A stretch of DNA of 64,000 bases from the human T2T-CHM13v2.0 reference genome, Homo sapiens, in NCBI RefSeq assembly GCF_009914755.1, contig NC_060929.1; one strand, written 5' to 3'. Under the pieces are notes generated by a model, which saw only the letters and a program-made list of their open reading frames with translations, ran no database searches and was not told the origin of the DNA. This document shows positions 59,591-64,000 of the stretch, piece by piece. A program made the translations under genes and the position numbers. Position 1 is the stretch's first letter. The number at the start of each line of letters is the position of its first letter.

Positions 59591-61669
59591 ATAACCCCTC
59601 ACAGCAGTCAGGACTATGGTAGGAAAAGCATTAATGTCAAAGCATGAGCTTATATGAGAGATGTTGCTGAGATATAAAGAAACATAGGGAACTCTCCACA
59701 ATTTTAGTCCCCAGGGTCACAAAACTCATTTTTACCCCAACTTGTTTCTTATACTCAGCAAAGAAGCTGACAGTGAAATCCATTAGCTTAGTCCAGAGGG
59801 ACTCCCAGGGCTACTAAACTTCATCTCCTTACAGATATTCCAACGATGCCAGGGACAAAGGCTTCCCCTTCTGAAAGGAAACCTAAGAGCCAGCTTTCTC
59901 CCTCTGCCTTCCAGATGGCATTACACATGTCGATTAGAAATGTTCAGGAAGTGCTTTCTCTTTGCAACCAAGAGAAACATTTTCCTTCTTTGGAGCTTGC
60001 TCCCACTTTCTTTCCTTCCTTAAATGGAATCTGATGTGTTTTTTCCCAAATTATCCATGACTGATCCCTTGCACTGTTTGTGCTCTTGGTAGATACTCTG
60101 CAGTAGGAAGATAAGGATGGGGCTGAGTGACGTATATTTCTCTACTGGTTTCCTTAGCAATGCCTCAGCAAGCCTCCAGCTCCCCTACAAACCTCCTTCT
60201 GAGTCAGCCTGTTTCGGCTATAGTCCAGGCTCTGCCAGCACATCACTGTTAAAACAGTAATAACTTTTTTTCCTCCACGGCACTTTACAATGTATGACAA
60301 TCTTTCGCAGTCTTTATTTCATTTTATTTTTATAGCATGATCTCACAGAGAAGATATTATCAATATCAGCATTTTATAGGTAAATAAATTGAAACTCACA
60401 AACGTTTAATAACTTGCCTAAATTTCATAGCAATAAGTCAATGGTCAGAAAAAGGAGCTCATGGAGTTTGTTCCTCTGGCAATAGTGGCCACTGAGTCAC
60501 AACGAGACTTTCCCATATGCTCTGAAGACTTCAGTTAGGGGTTACTCCATCCAATGATGAAATAGGGGGAAGATCTTCCTGGTAAATTAAGATATGCTTA
60601 AGATTTATTGACATAAAGTTCAGTTCATGAACAGTGATAATAAAAATATTCTTAATTCAGCCACTAGCTTCTCCCAGGGAGCATTAGTGGTTAAAATACA
60701 ATAGTTTTTATAGTGTCTATCATATAATAGTTGTACTATGAATTCATCACAGGTGTGCCCTACGATCGACCAATGTATAAAATTCATTTTGTCTTAACCG
60801 TTGATACATACAACTGTTCCACGGTGTTCACTATAAAACACTTATGGCAAAGTTTGTTAGGTATAGCACTGAGTTGAGTGGATCATCAAAATGCTGTAGA
60901 GTTGGTATAATTTATTTTGAATAATTGATATAGATTAATATCAAGCTGGCATCTAAGAAAGAGTACACATCTCCTGCACATGGCCATATGTATGTATGTA
61001 TAACAGGGGTTGCACAGGGCAGTCAGAGCTTTCCTCAAGGAGCCCCACAGTGCTGATGGATTATACATTTTTATAGCATACAACTATAGATGTTTCTATA
61101 GAATCTTCAAGATACCTGTGTATGAGATTAGTATTTGCATTGTAATTATCTTTTCCTGTTCTTGAATCTCTTACTGTCTTGAGGGGAACTCTAAATTTCT
61201 AGTGTATGAATGTGAACTACGCACAGAAAGAACCTGAGATATCTTGTTCTAATTTCTATTTCTGACAAAATAAAAATTAATATTTAAGATATTTGATTTC
61301 AAAAAGTTTTTTAAAGGCTACTGAAAAAGAATTAAAAGGGCATAGAGTTAGACTGTCCATCTAAATTTAAGACTCTATCTGTAAGAAGATATTTCATCTA
61401 CCCCACTTGACCCATTGACACAAGGCAGTCTGACTTTTCTATCGCACACTACTCTATTTCTAAAAATATTATTCTAGAGTCTTATTTAGGATTAGTATAA
61501 GTGGACTTCAGTTCACAGAGTCCCCCTTTCTTTTGTGGGCAGAAGATCACAAGCTTCTACGTGTATCAGTCCATCCAATACCTCCTGAAGCTCCACATTC
61601 TTAGTATTTTCCTTTATATTAATTAATAGTCTGCCTTATTATAGCTTTCAGAAGACACAATTAAGCAAA

Positions 61670-61900
61670 AATGATTGAGAGAATCTTGGGTTTTGAAGCT
61701 AGATAGCTTAATTTAAATACCAGCTGTGCCACTTCCTGTTTCTGCAACTTTAGATGAATTACTTAACGCTTTGGGGTGTCAGCATCCCAATCAATAAACA
61801 AGGGAGAAAAATAATAATAATACCCACCTCGTCTGACTGTGATAAGGATTCCTTGAAATAACACATATAATGTTCTTATGGCACAGTGTTTGTCACATAG
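61670..61900 (+). mobile_element. MIR
   Basis: gctgtgccacttcc...ttacttaac...ataatacccacctc...gtttgtcacatag. Confidence 0.65.
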
Positions 61901-62095
61901 CAGTTATATCATTAACTGTAACTACTATTGATATTCTATACACTAGTCTTATCAGACATGGTCTTATGGAGAAATGTGAAATAGATGAGTGAGCTCTTTC
62001 ACATGTGAGCCTTTTCCTGTATTGGGAAACTGCTCTCAATGACATCCATGTGTTCTCTTAAGTTAACTAAGCACAAGTAATATTTTAAAGACGAG

Positions 62096-62430
62096 TGTAT
62101 TAGTCTGTTTTCACGCTGCTGATAAAGACATACCCGAGACTGGGAAGAAAGAGGTTTAACTGGACTTACAGTTCCACATGGCTGGAGAGGCCTCAGAAAG
62201 GCATTTCTTACATCGTGGCAGCAAGAGAAAAATGAGGAGAAAGCAAAAGCGGAAACCCCTGATAAACCCAACAGATTTCATGAGACTTATTCACTACCGT
62301 GAAAATAGCATGGGAAAGACTGGCCCCTATGACTCAATTACCTCCCCCTGGGTCCCTCCCACAATACATGGGAATTCTGGGAGATACAATTCAAGTTGAG
62401 ATTGGGTGGGGACACAGCCAAACCATATCA
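62096..62430 (-). mobile_element. THE1 (THE1C-like) MaLR solo LTR
   Basis: tgtattagtctgttttcacgctgctgataaagacatacccgagactggg...gccaaaccatatca; TSD acgag/acaag. Confidence 0.88.
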
Positions 62431-62939
62431 ACAAGACAATCCACTCCTGTCCCCACAAAGTTAATTAAAAGGTAACAATGCCCACCGCTTATACAAGTGA
62501 TAAGATTTGGGCTCTAAATAAGTCTGTAAGAGACTTACAAAAGGTGGCATAGCATAGCAGTGGAGCAAATAGCCAGCTAGGATTCCTAAGAAATAGATTT
62601 TACTTGTTCTGTGCTCTTGGGTAAGTCATTTGACTACTACAATATCTTCAATTGCAGAAAGGAGGAAATGGGACAAATGTCACAACACTATTGTGACAAT
62701 TAAGGAGATACACAAAAAATACTATGAGGAGGACAGTGTTCAGCACATATAGGCATTCGATTAGTATGGGTTGATTTTATTTCTAGGCCCCAGACATTCT
62801 GACACCCAATTAGTATTTTCACTTGAGATAGTTAGCTATAGCCTTTCAGATGATGGTTATGATGGCTTCTTCGACTAGTCCCTCTGCTTCCAGTCCATCC
62901 CTGAAGATCACATGCTCAGAAGTTAAGAGAAGGATATTA

Positions 62940-64000
62940 AAAGAATAATAATTATATGTCAAAATCTATAGGAAATGGTTAAAACAATATTTGGAAAAAA
63001 ATTTAGAGCTTTACTTGTCTTTATTCTTAATAAAATAAAAGAACATTCACTATGTTCCCACATCATATAAGATAAGAAAATTAGTTTTTGAAAAACTACA
63101 GAAGAATTGGAAACTATAAACATGATAAAATAAACAAGGTGATTACATAACAGAGAAAACTAAAACAAGTAATTAATATAACCAAAGATTACTACTTGAA
63201 AAAGACTAAGAAATGTCCAAAAAACAGCAAAATCTAATTTAAAAAACTAATAAAAATATAAATAAGACAGAAAATAGAGCAACAGGATAATAGAAAAATT
63301 GTACGAAGAAACATTTGGCACAGTTAAATGCTAATATATTTTAAATTCTGTGTGAAATATATTATTTTCTCAAAGCAAGGGAATTAACATTTACTAGCTA
63401 CTGACTTTGTCTCAGTGCTGAGTGCTTTATACACATCCTTTTTTTGTTGGTATAATAAGCCATTTTATAAATATTTTTCCTCCTTTTATAGCAGAAACTG
63501 AAGCTTACAGAGATGAAGGTGTATGTCCAAGGTCACCCAGCTACTAAGAGGTGCAGCTGGAATTTAAATTCAGATCTACAAGGCCTATGCTATTTTTATT
63601 TTTCCAAGTGAAAACCCTAAAAATATAAAACATCAGAATGGTCATAAAAGGAAGAGGAAATTTGAATATACAGCACTAAAAAGTGTTCATACACCATTAT
63701 TAAAATAAGACTTGAACATTCTTGTTTAGATCAAAATTTCTCCAAACTTTCAAATAGCAAAAAGTAACCTAACTACCCATTTCATTTCTTGAAAGAGAAA
63801 ATAATAGCAAATTTCCTACTACGAAAGAAAAAAGTGGTCTTAATCCTAATTGTTATTAAAGTATGAACACACACACAACTATAGTGAGCTTTCCTCTTAT
63901 AGATACAAAGATTTTAATAAAAATAAAAAATTGAATAAAGCAATCAAATAAAACTTATTCCATGCTACAAGAATACGGCATGCTGTAAGAATACAATATA
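62940..64000 (+). mobile_element. Ancient L1 (L1ME-like) ORF2 remnant, interrupted by a MIR (~63385-63590)
   Basis: A-rich degenerate ORF2-like sequence (gaaaaagactaag, atgctaatatatttt, gagctttcctcttatagatacaaagattttaataaaata). Confidence 0.5.

Noticed and set aside
60660-61030. CpG-containing stretch that might be an old DNA transposon or conserved element
   Set aside because: I could not match it to a family or find terminal repeats with confidence.

Overview
Primate (almost certainly human) genomic DNA, not microbial. The window is rich in Alu, L1, L2, MIR, MaLR/ERVL LTR and hAT-Charlie MER elements and contains no recognisable host protein-coding exon. The main host feature is a CpG-island promoter at ~16.4-17.0 kb. 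It has a non-coding first exon on the minus strand ending in a CGG|GTATGT donor at 16561/16560, so ~1-16560 is probably intron 1 of a large gene and ~17-64 kb its upstream region; I cannot confirm the gene's identity. Upstream lie a near-consensus REST/NRSE site inside an L2 remnant (29040-29060), a well-bounded orphan minus-strand exon candidate (27993-28240), a full-length ~6.16-kb L1PA3/4-type element pointing toward the gene, an MLT2A (HERV-L) solo LTR and an old L1PB/MA-type element fused to an inverted L1 fragment. The young L1 keeps its YY1 site, the 129-bp ZNF93-target segment and an intact endonuclease domain, has a truncated ORF0, and is inserted in a MER33 with a 16-bp TSD. No tRNA, rRNA or CRISPR features were seen. 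I found no demonstrably new system. The most interesting hypothesis is a TE-built upstream module (L1 promoter, RE1, orphan exon) acting on a neuronal gene. Repeat subfamily calls come from recalled consensus sequences and boundaries of old repeats are approximate.
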